From an uncultured Clostridia bacterium (lineage in GTDB: Bacteria; Bacillota; Clostridia; Oscillospirales; Oscillospiraceae): 56,951 nt of DNA. The stretch is from positions 1 through 56,951 of the forward strand of contig CAMEIU010000001.1 of assembly GCA_945918815.1 (NCBI GenBank), written 5' to 3'. Shown here piece after piece: positions 33,221 through 42,336 of the stretch. The translations under genes and the position numbers were made by a program. The notes below the pieces were generated by a model. The model searched no databases. It saw only the letters and a list, made by a program, of their open reading frames with translations, and was not told where the DNA came from. Within the stretch, counting starts at the first letter, position 1. Each line of letters opens with the position of its first letter.

Positions 33221-34242
33221 CCGCCCTCATCGCCTTCACCCGGACGGGCTGCCAATTGGGCCAAAGGCTGGCCCGGACCTTGGGCGGGACTCTCTGGACC
33301 ACCGGCAGGCTTTCAGCGGAGTTGGGGCTTCCGTCCTATGGGGATCTGCAAGCCTGGACCGGAGAACGGTTTCGGGACAGCGAGGCCCTGATTTTTATTT
33401 CCGCCTCCGGCATCGCCGTCCGGTCCATTGCGCCCTTTGTACGGGATAAGTTTTCTGATCCCGCCGTGGTGTCGGTGGACGAATTGGGCCGTTTCGCCGT
33501 GCCGCTGCTGTCCGGCCATGTGGGCGGGGCCAACGCCCTGGCTCAACAGGTTGCCAAAATCACCGGCGGCCAGGCGGCCGTTTCCACGGCCACCGACGTC
33601 CAGGGCAAATTTGCCGTGGATGTGTGGGCCAAGGAACAGAATCTGGTCCTGACCAGCCGGGAGCTGGCGAAGGCCGTTTCCGCTGCGCTGCTGGACAACG
33701 AGCCGGTGGGGATTTCCTCTGAATTTCCCATTGCTGGAACCCTGCCCGCGGGCCTGACCCAGGGACCGGCTGAGATCGGAATCTGCGTCAGCCATACCAC
33801 GGAGCTGAAGCCCTTTCCCCAGACGCTGCATCTTGTTCCCACGGCCGTGACCCTGGGAATCGGCTGCCGCCGTGGCACGTCCCGGGACCATCTGGAGGAC
33901 CGGCTGGCGGCGTTTTTGGAAGCCCATGCGCTGCCGGAAGCAGCCGTCATTGGGTTGGCCTCCATTGATTTGAAGAAAGACGAACAGGGCCTGTTGGAGT
34001 TGGCCCAGGCCCACGACTGGCCCATTCAATTCTATCCGGCGGAAGAACTGGCCCGGGAGCCGGGCGATTTCCCGCCGTCCCATTTTGTACAGAAGACCAC
34101 CGGCGTGGACAACGTCTGCCAGCGGGCCGCCCAACGGGCGGGCGGGACCGTGTTTATCCCCAAAACCGCCTCCGACGGCGTGACCTTCGCCGCGGCCATG
34201 GAAAACGTTACACTGACATGGGCGCCCTCGTGCCCTTTGTAG
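33217..34242 (+). CDS. cbiG: Cobalt-precorrin-5A hydrolase
   Basis: SASGIAVRSIAP...VSVDELGRFAVPLLSGHVGGAN. GTG start overlapping the cbiF stop (GTGA). The C-terminus and stop lie inside a family-D repeat. Confidence 0.85.
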   Translation: MTALIAFTRTGCQLGQRLARTLGGTLWTTGRLSAELGLPSYGDLQAWTGERFRDSEALIFISASGIAVRSIAPFVRDKFSDPAVVSVDELGRFAVPLLSGHVGGANALAQQVAKITGGQAAVSTATDVQGKFAVDVWAKEQNLVLTSRELAKAVSAALLDNEPVGISSEFPIAGTLPAGLTQGPAEIGICVSHTTELKPFPQTLHLVPTAVTLGIGCRRGTSRDHLEDRLAAFLEAHALPEAAVIGLASIDLKKDEQGLLELAQAHDWPIQFYPAEELAREPGDFPPSHFVQKTTGVDNVCQRAAQRAGGTVFIPKTASDGVTFAAAMENVTLTWAPSCPL

Positions 34243-34262
34243 GGGCGGCTATCAGCCGTCCG
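34221..34262. repeat. Family-D hairpin
   Basis: ggcgccctcgtgccctttgtaggggcggctatcagccgtccg. Confidence 0.75.
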
Positions 34263-34298
34263 TCCGGGGAACAGAATGTGTTGTAATAGGAGGTACCT

Positions 34299-35030
34299 AT
34301 GAAAAAACTCTACATCATCGGCCTTGGCCCCGGCGGCGGGGCGGATCTGACGGGGCGGGCCGCCGCTGCGCTGGACGCCTCCGATATCATCGTGGGCTAT
34401 ACGGTCTACATCGACCTCATCCGGGACGCGTATTCCAACAAGGACCTGCGCTCCACCCCCATGCGCAAGGAGACGGAGCGGTGCCAGATGGCGTTGGAGC
34501 TGGCAGATGGCGGCAAGACTGTGGCCATGGTCTGCTCCGGCGATCCCGGCGTCTATGGTATGGCGGGCCTGTGCTATGAGCTGTCCCCCCAGTGGCCCCA
34601 GGTGGAGCTGGAGGTCATCCCCGGCATCACCGCCGCCTGCGGCGGCGCGGCGGTCCTGGGCGCGCCCTTGATGCACGACTTCTGCCTGGTATCCCTGTCG
34701 GATCTCATGACGCCCTGGGAGAAGATCGAAACCCGCCTCCGGGCCGCCGCCCAGGCGGATTTCGTCCTGTGCCTCTATAATCCCTCCAGCCACAAGCGGA
34801 AGGACTATCTGCAAAAGGCCTGCGACATTCTGCTGGAATCCAAATCCCCCGAAACGCCCTGCGGCTATGTCAGCCAGATCGGACGGGAAGGGGAGGCCTA
34901 TACGATTTTAACATTGGCGGAGCTGCGGAATGCCCAGGTGGATATGTTCACCACGGTCTTCATCGGCAACAGTCAGACCCAGGTCATCGGCGGCCATCTG
35001 GTGACGCCCAGAGGGTATTTGCGGCGATGA
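34299..35030 (+). CDS. cbiH: Cobalt-factor III / precorrin-3B C17-methyltransferase
   Basis: LYIIGLGPGG...VGYTVY...VCSGDPGVYGMAG. Confidence 0.9.
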   Translation: MKKLYIIGLGPGGGADLTGRAAAALDASDIIVGYTVYIDLIRDAYSNKDLRSTPMRKETERCQMALELADGGKTVAMVCSGDPGVYGMAGLCYELSPQWPQVELEVIPGITAACGGAAVLGAPLMHDFCLVSLSDLMTPWEKIETRLRAAAQADFVLCLYNPSSHKRKDYLQKACDILLESKSPETPCGYVSQIGREGEAYTILTLAELRNAQVDMFTTVFIGNSQTQVIGGHLVTPRGYLRR

Positions 35031-35761
35031 AGGTCTTGCTGTTCGGCGGCACCGCCGAAGGCCATGAATTGGCCCAGCGTCTGGCCCGGGCCGGGGTGAC
35101 CGTGATCTGCTCCGTGGCCACGGACTATGGCCGGGACTTGTTGGAGCCGCAGCCGGGTCTGACGGTGCTGACGGGCCGCATGGATCAGGCCTCCATGGAG
35201 GCGGAAATGGCCAAGGGTTACACCTGTGTGGTGGATGCCACCCATCCCTATGCCGCCCAGGTCAGCGAAAACATCCGGGCAGCGGCCAAGGCTGCGGGCC
35301 TGCCTTATGAGCGGCTCCTGCGGCCCCGGGAGGAAGCCGGGGACGTGCTCTGGGCCGAAAGCCCCGCGGCGGCGGCGCAAATGCTGGCGGACCTGCCGGG
35401 AAACATTCTGCTGACCACCGGCAGCAAGGACCTGGCGGCGTTTACGGATTATAAAGACCGCCTGTGGGTCCGGGTCCTGCCCAGTCTGGACAGTTTAAAG
35501 CACGCCCTGGACCTGGGCTATCCGGCGGCCCACATCATCTGTATGCAAGGACCCTTCTCCGTGGAGATGAACGCTGCGACGTTAAAATCCATGGACGGGA
35601 AAATCCTGGTGACCAAAGACACCGGCAAGCCCGGCGGCTTCCTGGAAAAAGCCGAAGCAGCCAGGCAGGCCAACGCCAAGCTCCTGGTCATCAGACGTCC
35701 CACGGAGGAGACGGGCCTTGGATTGGAAGAACTCTTTTTCAAATTGATAACGAACAATTGA
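35027..35761 (+). CDS. cbiJ: Cobalt-precorrin-6A reductase
   Basis: MKVLLFGGTAEGHELA...VVDATHPYAAQVS...LLTTGSKDL. ATGA overlap with cbiH. The stop codon lies inside the family-C repeat. Confidence 0.88.
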   Translation: MKVLLFGGTAEGHELAQRLARAGVTVICSVATDYGRDLLEPQPGLTVLTGRMDQASMEAEMAKGYTCVVDATHPYAAQVSENIRAAAKAAGLPYERLLRPREEAGDVLWAESPAAAAQMLADLPGNILLTTGSKDLAAFTDYKDRLWVRVLPSLDSLKHALDLGYPAAHIICMQGPFSVEMNAATLKSMDGKILVTKDTGKPGGFLEKAEAARQANAKLLVIRRPTEETGLGLEELFFKLITNN

Positions 35762-35900
35762 CAATGGACAATGGAGGTATTTTCCTTCGGAAAATGATTG
35801 AAATATGCGCTGCACCTACCTGCTCATGGCGCGAAGCGAAATAATAGATTCGTCGCATAGCGACACATTCATTGTCAATTATCAATTGTCCATTGGAGGT
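35754..35900. repeat. Pair of family-C modules in inverted orientation flanking about 55 bp
   Basis: acaattgacaatggacaatggaggtattttccttcggaaaatgattgaaat (35754-35812) versus cattgtcaattatcaattgtccattggaggt (35868-35900). Confidence 0.85.
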
Positions 35901-35904
35901 ATCT

Positions 35905-37107
35905 ATGACCACCTGTTATCTCATCGGCATCGGTATGGGGAACCCGGAGACCTTGACCCTGGGGGCTATGAGGCGGATTCGGGAGAGCGGCCTGCTCATC
36001 GGGGCCAGGCGGATGCTGGAGGCGTTCCCGGAGCATCCGGGCCAAAAAGAAGCCCTGATTCGCGCCGAGGACATTGCCGCCGCCGTACGGGCCTTTGACG
36101 GGACGGTGTCGGTGCTGCTGTCCGGCGACCCGGGCTTTTACAGCGGGGCCGCCAAGCTCTACGACCTGCTGGACGGCGTCCGGGTGGAGACCGTGCCGGG
36201 CATTTCCTCCGTGAACTACTTCTGCGCCAAGCTCCACACGTCCTGGCAGGACGTGAAGCTGGTGTCGGTCCATGGCAGGGCAGCCAACGCCGTGGGGGAG
36301 ATTCAGTCCCATGAAAAGACCTTCCTTCTGACCGGAAACACCTGCACCGCCGGGGACCTGTGCCGCCTATTGACTGAGGCGGGTCTGGGCCATGTGACGG
36401 TCCACGTGGGAGAGCGGCTCTCCTACGAAGACGAGCGCATCACCTCCGGCACGGCGGAAGAGCTGGCGGACCGGACCTTTGACAATCTGGCCGTGGTCCT
36501 GGCGGAGAATCCCCGGCCCATGGGCTGGAATCAGGGCGCACCCTGCCTGTGGGACGATCAGCTGATCCGCGGCAAGACGCCCATGACCAAAGAAACGGTA
36601 CGCACCCTGGCCGTGGCCCGGCTGGGCATCACGCCGGAATCCACCCTCTGGGACGTGGGAGCCGGAACCGGCTCCGTGTCCGCCGCCTGCGCCATGGCTG
36701 CCTGGAAAGGCCGGGTCTTCGCCGTGGAAAAGGAGCCGGAAGCCCTGGACCTGATTGCCCGGAACAGAGAAGCCCTGGGCCTTTGGAACTTGCAAGTTGT
36801 GCCGGGCGAGGCGCCCGCCGTCCTGGCGGACCTGCCGAAGCCTGACGCCGTGTTCATCGGCGGCTCCAGCGGCTCCATGGACGGAATCTTCCGGGTGGCC
36901 TTGGAGAAAAATCCGCAGGTCCGAATCTGCCTGACGGCGGTGAGCCTGGAGAGCCTGACCGACGGATTGAACTGCATGAAAACATTTGACCTTCAAAATG
37001 TGGACGTGACCCAGATCTCCGCCGCCCAGGCCAAGACCCTGGGCCGGTATCACATGATGATGGGCCAGAATCCCGTATACATTCTCTCCGGGGAGGGACA
37101 GCCGTGA
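35905..37107 (+). CDS. cbiET: Fused cobalt-precorrin-7 C5-methyltransferase / cobalt-precorrin-6B C15-methyltransferase (decarboxylating)
   Basis: N-terminal half IGIGMGNPETLTL...LLSGDPGFYS. C-terminal half MTKETVRTLAVARL...WDVGAGTGSVS. The SD GGAGG belongs to the repeat. Confidence 0.88.
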   Translation: MTTCYLIGIGMGNPETLTLGAMRRIRESGLLIGARRMLEAFPEHPGQKEALIRAEDIAAAVRAFDGTVSVLLSGDPGFYSGAAKLYDLLDGVRVETVPGISSVNYFCAKLHTSWQDVKLVSVHGRAANAVGEIQSHEKTFLLTGNTCTAGDLCRLLTEAGLGHVTVHVGERLSYEDERITSGTAEELADRTFDNLAVVLAENPRPMGWNQGAPCLWDDQLIRGKTPMTKETVRTLAVARLGITPESTLWDVGAGTGSVSAACAMAAWKGRVFAVEKEPEALDLIARNREALGLWNLQVVPGEAPAVLADLPKPDAVFIGGSSGSMDGIFRVALEKNPQVRICLTAVSLESLTDGLNCMKTFDLQNVDVTQISAAQAKTLGRYHMMMGQNPVYILSGEGQP

Positions 37108-38453
37108 CGCCGCGAATCCTCTTCTGCGCCCCGGCCTCCGGCGGCGGCAAGACCACCGTCACCTGCGCTGTTCTGCGGGCCTTTCTCCGGCGGGGGTTGA
37201 AGCCCATGGCCTGCAAGTCCGGCCCGGATTACATCGACCCCATGTTTCACAGCCGGGTTCTGGGGGCCCGGAGCTGCAACCTGGACTTATTCTTCTTTTC
37301 CAAATCCACGGCCCGGGCGCTGCTGGCCCGGAATGCGGAACATGCCGGCGTCACGGTCCTGGAAGGGGCCATGGGCTACTATGACGGCATCGCCATGAGC
37401 AGCGACGCCTCGGCCTACGATCTGGCCCGGACCACGGAGACCCCGGCAGTGCTGGTGGTGAATGGCCGCGGCCGCGCCCTGTCGGCGGCGGCGGAGATTC
37501 AGGGGTTCTTGGCGTTCCGGCAGCCCAGCCAGATCGCCGGGGTCCTGCTGAACCGGGTCTCGCCCATGCTCTATCCGAGTTTGGCGGAAACCATCACGAA
37601 AGAAACGGGCCTGCCGGTGTTCGGCTATCTGCCGGTCATGGAGGACTGCGCCGTGGAAAGCCGCCATCTGGGCCTGGTGACGGCGGCGGAGATCGAGGAT
37701 TTGCAGGAAAAGCTGGACCGCCTGGCGGCCCAGGCGGAAAAAACCGTGGATCTGGACGGCCTGCTGGCCCTGGCAAGGACGGCTCCGGATCTGAAGGACC
37801 GGCTGCCAGAGCTGGAGGTGGTTGCAGGAAACCCGCGGATCGCCGTGGCCAAGGACAAGGCATTCTGCTTCTACTATGCCGACTCGCTGCGGGTCCTGGA
37901 GGACCTGGGGGCGGAGCTGGTGGAATTCTCCCCCTTGACGGACCGGGCTTTGCCCGCCGGGACCCAGGGCCTGTATCTGGGCGGCGGCTACCCGGAGCTG
38001 TACGCCAAAGAACTGGCGGAAAATGCATCCATGCGCCGGTCCATCCATGACGCGGTGTTGGCGGGCCTGCCCACCGTGGCCGAATGCGGCGGCTTTCTGT
38101 ATCTCCACCGGACCTTGCAGGATCCGAACGGAAACCCCTGGCCCATGGCGGGCGTGTTGGAGGCGGAGGCCTATCCCACGGGAAAGCTGGGCCGGTTCGG
38201 CTATGTGACCTTGACGGCCAGGACCGGCAGTCTCCTCTTCAAAGAAGGCGAGACCATACCGGCCCATGAGTTCCACTACTGGGACAGCACGGCCCCCGGC
38301 ACGGATTTTACGGCCCGGAAGCCCCAGTCCAACCGAAGCTGGGAAGCGGCTGTGGCGACGAAAAGCCTCTACGCCGGGTTCCCCCATTTCCATTTCGCCT
38401 CCTACCCGGAAGCGGCCAGACGCTTTCTGGAGGCAGCCAGGATATACAGATAA
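37104..38453 (+). CDS. cbiA: Cobyrinate a,c-diamide synthase
   Basis: APASGGGKTTVT...KSGPDYIDP...C-terminal glutamine amidotransferase with ECGGFLYL. Confidence 0.9.
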   Translation: MTPRILFCAPASGGGKTTVTCAVLRAFLRRGLKPMACKSGPDYIDPMFHSRVLGARSCNLDLFFFSKSTARALLARNAEHAGVTVLEGAMGYYDGIAMSSDASAYDLARTTETPAVLVVNGRGRALSAAAEIQGFLAFRQPSQIAGVLLNRVSPMLYPSLAETITKETGLPVFGYLPVMEDCAVESRHLGLVTAAEIEDLQEKLDRLAAQAEKTVDLDGLLALARTAPDLKDRLPELEVVAGNPRIAVAKDKAFCFYYADSLRVLEDLGAELVEFSPLTDRALPAGTQGLYLGGGYPELYAKELAENASMRRSIHDAVLAGLPTVAECGGFLYLHRTLQDPNGNPWPMAGVLEAEAYPTGKLGRFGYVTLTARTGSLLFKEGETIPAHEFHYWDSTAPGTDFTARKPQSNRSWEAAVATKSLYAGFPHFHFASYPEAARRFLEAARIYR

Positions 38454-38487
38454 CCCCTCGTACCCCTGCAGGGGGCGCAAGGGTGCT
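38454..38487. repeat. Short family-B/D-type hairpin
   Basis: acccctcgtacccctgcagggggcgcaagggtgc. Confidence 0.6.
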
Positions 38488-38509
38488 TACATCAACAGAA
38501 GGTGCGTTT

Positions 38510-39568
38510 ATGACATTACAGGATGTGATTTCCGCCATTGTTCCCGTGGATCGGGTCGCCATGGCGGCGGCGCAGAAAAAGTGGGATGCCGTGGGCAAGC
38601 CCCTGGGTTCCCTGGGGATTTTGGAGGATATGGTGGTCCGCATGGCCGGTGTGTTCGGGACCAAGGACTTCTCCATTGAAAAAAAGGCCGTGGCGATTAT
38701 GTGCGCCGACAACGGCGTGGTGGCCGAGGGCGTCAGCCAGTCAGGCCAGGAGGTCACGGCCATTGTGGTGGAAAACATGGCGAAGCGGCAGTCCAGCGTG
38801 TGCAAAATGGCCCGGGTGGCCGGGGCGGAGATCTACCCCGTGGACGTGGGGATGGCGAACCCGGTGGACCATCCCGGCCTCGTCCAGCGGTGCGTCCGCC
38901 GTGGTGGCACCCGGAACTTCGTAAAGGAACCGGCCATGACCCGGGCAGAGACGGAGCAGGCCATTCTGGTGGGCGTGGAGTCGGTCCGGGTCCTCTGTGA
39001 CCGGGGCGTGCGGCTGATTGCCACGGGCGAAATGGGCATCGGCAACACCACCACCTCTGCCGCCGTCTTGTCGGTGCTGCTGAACCGCAGTCCGGCGGAG
39101 ATGACCGGCCGGGGCGCGGGTCTCTCCAACGCGGGCCTGGAACGGAAAATCCAGGCCATTGAAACGGGTATTGCCCTCCACCACCCGGACCCCTCTGACG
39201 CCGTGGATGTGCTGTCCAAGGTGGGGGGCTTCGATCTGGCGGGCCTCTGCGGCGTGTTCCTGGGCGGGGCCCTGTATCATGTGCCGGTGCTGATCGACGG
39301 ATTGATCTCCGCCGCATCGGCTCTGGCGGCGGCGACCCTCTGCCCGGCGGCCAAGGATTATATGCTGGCAAGCCATCTTTCCGGGGAACCGGCGGGCTGG
39401 CCGGTCCTGAACGCCCTGGAAGTCCGGCCCGTGATTCAGGCCGGGATGCGCCTCGGCGAAGGCACCGGCGCGGTGGCCGTCATGCCCATTCTGGATATGA
39501 CCATGACGGTCTACGACGGCAATACCTTTGACGATCTGAACATGGAGGCGTATACGCCCCAAAGCTGA
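38510..39568 (+). CDS. cobT: Nicotinate-nucleotide--dimethylbenzimidazole phosphoribosyltransferase
   Basis: KPLGSLGILEDM...MCADNGV...GEMGIGNTTTSAA...LGEGTGA. Confidence 0.9.
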   Translation: MTLQDVISAIVPVDRVAMAAAQKKWDAVGKPLGSLGILEDMVVRMAGVFGTKDFSIEKKAVAIMCADNGVVAEGVSQSGQEVTAIVVENMAKRQSSVCKMARVAGAEIYPVDVGMANPVDHPGLVQRCVRRGGTRNFVKEPAMTRAETEQAILVGVESVRVLCDRGVRLIATGEMGIGNTTTSAAVLSVLLNRSPAEMTGRGAGLSNAGLERKIQAIETGIALHHPDPSDAVDVLSKVGGFDLAGLCGVFLGGALYHVPVLIDGLISAASALAAATLCPAAKDYMLASHLSGEPAGWPVLNALEVRPVIQAGMRLGEGTGAVAVMPILDMTMTVYDGNTFDDLNMEAYTPQS

Positions 39569-39587
39569 AAAAACAGGAGGTTTTCAT

Positions 39588-40628
39588 ATGCTGGAACGAA
39601 GCTATGCTGATTTTGCCTGGGAGAAGACGGCGCAATTGCTGGCCATTGATTCTCCCACGGGCTACACTTCCCGGGCCGCGGCCTGGGTCCGGAAGGAATT
39701 TGAAGATCTGGGCTTTTCCGCCCAAATCACAGCCAAGGGCGGCGTCCTGGCGGACCTGGGCGGGGAAGACGGCCAGAACGGCCTGCTGCTGGCTGCCCAC
39801 GCCGATACCCTGGGCGCCATGGTTGCGGAAATCAAGGGCAGCGGCTGCCTGCGCCTGACGCCCTTGGGCGGCATGAACGCCAACAACGGCGAGGCGGAAA
39901 ACGTCCGGGTCTATACCCGGAACGGCCGCGTCCTGGAGGGAACGCTGCAATTGTGCAACGCCTCCATCCATGTCAACGGGGCCTATTCCGACATGAAGCG
40001 TTCCTTTGACGCCACGGAGGTGGTGCTGGACGAGAATGTGTCCTCCGCCGAAGACGTGCGGAAGCTGGGTGTGGAGGTCGGCGATATCGTCTGCTTCGAG
40101 CCCAGGACCCGCCGCACGGAATCTGGTTATCTCAAGAGCCGCTTCCTGGACGACAAGCTGTCGGTGGGCATTCTGCTGGGCCTGGCGAAGTATCTCCAGG
40201 ATACCGGCGCGGCTTTGTCCCGCCATGTCTATGTCCACGTCACGGTCTATGAAGAGGTGGGCCACGGCTGCGCCGGTTCCGTTCCGGCCGGAATCACGGA
40301 GGCCATCTCCGTGGACATGGGCTGCGTGGGCGAGGGACTGCAATGCACCGAGCGGCAGGTTTCCATCTGCGCCAAGGACTCCGGCGGACCCTACAGCTAC
40401 GAGGTGGTGGGCAAGCTCATCCAGGCCGCCCAGAAAACGGAGGCGGACTACGCCGTGGACGTGTATCCCCATTACGGCTCCGACGTGGAGGCCGCTCTGT
40501 CGGCGGGCTATGACATCCGCCACGGCCTGATCGGCGCGGGCGTCTACGCCAGTCACGGCTATGAGCGCAGCCACATCGACGGCGTCTACAATACCCTGAA
40601 GGTCCTGACCGGGTACCTGAACGTATAA
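39588..40628 (+). CDS. M42-family metallo-aminopeptidase-like protein (FrvX/YpdE-like)
   Basis: 346 aa; LLAAHADTLGAMV, SRFLDDKLSVG, TVYEEVGHGCAG, and a C-terminal acidic/His pattern typical of M42. Confidence 0.7.
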   Translation: MLERSYADFAWEKTAQLLAIDSPTGYTSRAAAWVRKEFEDLGFSAQITAKGGVLADLGGEDGQNGLLLAAHADTLGAMVAEIKGSGCLRLTPLGGMNANNGEAENVRVYTRNGRVLEGTLQLCNASIHVNGAYSDMKRSFDATEVVLDENVSSAEDVRKLGVEVGDIVCFEPRTRRTESGYLKSRFLDDKLSVGILLGLAKYLQDTGAALSRHVYVHVTVYEEVGHGCAGSVPAGITEAISVDMGCVGEGLQCTERQVSICAKDSGGPYSYEVVGKLIQAAQKTEADYAVDVYPHYGSDVEAALSAGYDIRHGLIGAGVYASHGYERSHIDGVYNTLKVLTGYLNV

Positions 40629-40694
40629 TCAAATGCAGCGGCGGCAATCTGCCGCCCGCCGGAACAGAAAGATCCATGAAAAGGAGCGAAAAGG

Positions 40695-41216
40695 ATGCTC
40701 TCTCTTGTGTCCGGCGGCGCGGCCTCCGGAAAATCGGAATATGCGGAAAGCCTGATTCTGGCCTCCGAAGCCAGGCCCCGGGTCTATGTGGCGACCATGG
40801 AGGTCTGGGACCGGGAGAGCCAGGAGCGGGTCCGGCGGCACCGGGACATGCGGAAGGACAAGGGCTTCGTCACCGTGGAGGCCCCCCGGAATCTGGCTCA
40901 TGCGGAGCTGCCCCAAGGCGGCGCGGCGCTGCTGGAATGTATGTCCAATCTGTGCGCCAACGAGTGCTTCGGCCCCGACGGCTTTGCAGGCGCCTACGAC
41001 CGCATCTGGCAGGGCATCTGCCATTTGCTTGATGCCTGTGAGGACGTGGTCATCGTCTCCAACGAGCTGTTCTCCGACGGGATTTCCTATGCGCCGGAGA
41101 CGGAGCAATATTTATCCATTCTGGCAGACCTGAACCGGGCCATTGCGGCCAGGGCAGACCGGGTGTACGAGGTCTGCTGCGGCATTCCGATTTTGTGGAA
41201 AGGAGCAAACCCATGA
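40695..41216 (+). CDS. cobU: Adenosylcobinamide kinase / adenosylcobinamide-phosphate guanylyltransferase
   Basis: SGGAASGKSEYAE P-loop...RRHRDMR...LLECMSNL...VVIVSNELFSDG. Confidence 0.88.
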   Translation: MLSLVSGGAASGKSEYAESLILASEARPRVYVATMEVWDRESQERVRRHRDMRKDKGFVTVEAPRNLAHAELPQGGAALLECMSNLCANECFGPDGFAGAYDRIWQGICHLLDACEDVVIVSNELFSDGISYAPETEQYLSILADLNRAIAARADRVYEVCCGIPILWKGANP

Positions 41217-41977
41217 AACAGCTTTGGCAGTCCTTCACGCTGGCCACAGCCATGTATTCCAAGCTGCCCATGCCCCGGGTGGAATGGGGACCGGACGCCA
41301 TGTCCCATGTGTTCTGCTTCTTTCCGTGGATTGGGCTGGTCGCCGGCGCGCTGGAGCTTCTGTGGTTCTGGATTTCGGCAAAGCTGAATCTGGGAAGCCT
41401 CCTGTTCGCCGCCGTGGCCGCGCTGATTCCCATTTCCATCACCGGCGGCATCCACCTGGATGGCCTCTGCGACACCTGCGACGCCCTGGGCTCCCACCAG
41501 AGCCGGGAACGGAAGCTGGAGATTTTGAAGGATTCCCACACCGGTGCCTTTGCCCTCATCGGCCTGGGCGCTTATCTGCTTTTGGACGTGGCCCTGTGGG
41601 CGGAGACAAAGCCCTGCCTGGCCCTGGCTTTCATTCCCGTGGTGTCCCGCAGTCTGTCCGGCCTCTGCGCCGTGACCATGCCCAATGCCCGGGGCTCCGG
41701 CCTGCTGGCGTCCTTTTCTGAGAATTCCCACCTGCGCCACAATCGGATCGTCCTGGCCCTGTGGCTCCTGGCGGCGGCTCTGGTGCTTGGCTGTCTGCCC
41801 GGCTGGGAGGGCGTGGCGATTCTGGCAGGCGCGCTGCTGGCATTGGCGTACTACCGGCATATGAGTTTGAAGGAATTTGGCGGTATCACCGGCGACCTGG
41901 AAGGCTGGTTCCTGCAAATCTGCGAGCTGGCCTGCCTGGCCGCGGCGGTGCTGTGTCAAAAGGGGATGGCGTTATGA
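41213..41977 (+). CDS. cobS: Adenosylcobinamide-GDP ribazoletransferase (cobalamin synthase)
   Basis: Polytopic membrane protein. FFPWIGLVAG...TGGIHLDGLCDTCDA. ATGA overlap with cobU. Confidence 0.9.
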   Translation: MKQLWQSFTLATAMYSKLPMPRVEWGPDAMSHVFCFFPWIGLVAGALELLWFWISAKLNLGSLLFAAVAALIPISITGGIHLDGLCDTCDALGSHQSRERKLEILKDSHTGAFALIGLGAYLLLDVALWAETKPCLALAFIPVVSRSLSGLCAVTMPNARGSGLLASFSENSHLRHNRIVLALWLLAAALVLGCLPGWEGVAILAGALLALAYYRHMSLKEFGGITGDLEGWFLQICELACLAAAVLCQKGMAL

Positions 41978-42303
41978 GACTGATCATCGGCGGCAAGGGA
42001 CAGGGAAAGCTGGACTATGCGCTGTCTCTCGGCTATGAACGGACGGATGTTTCCACGGAACTGCCTGCGGAGAAGCCCATTTTATGCGGGCTCCAAAATC
42101 TGACCCGGGCGAATCCCAACCTGACGGCGGCGGACATTCCCGACTGTATTGTGATCTGCGACGAGCTGGGCTGCGGCGTGGTCCCCATAGACCCGGAGGA
42201 CCGGGCCTGGCGGGAGCGGACCGGACGGCTCTGCTGCGAGCTGGCAAAGCGGGCGGACCATGTGGACCGGGTCTTCTGCGGAATCGCCATGCAATTAAAG
42301 TAG
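41974..42303 (+). CDS. Short CobU-like P-loop protein (109 aa) lacking the central part of CobU
   Basis: MRLIIGGKGQGKLDYA P-loop plus a C-terminal CIVICDELGCGVVP...RERTGRLCCELAKRADHVDRVFCGIAM that parallels the CobU C-terminus. ATGA overlap with cobS. Confidence 0.65.
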   Translation: MRLIIGGKGQGKLDYALSLGYERTDVSTELPAEKPILCGLQNLTRANPNLTAADIPDCIVICDELGCGVVPIDPEDRAWRERTGRLCCELAKRADHVDRVFCGIAMQLK

Positions 42304-42336
42304 GGGCGCGCATTGCGCGTCCGTAGGAGCAACTTT

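Noticed and set aside
35776-35844. Mini-ORF after the repeat-borne GGAGG (MIEICAAPTCSWREAK; a similar MIEILLAPSCPLL... at 32262)
   Set aside because: The conserved MIEI start is simply part of the repeat consensus. The copy at 4261-4300 stops after two codons, copies occur in both orientations relative to transcription, and the downstream peptide is just a translation of family-B/D repeat DNA.
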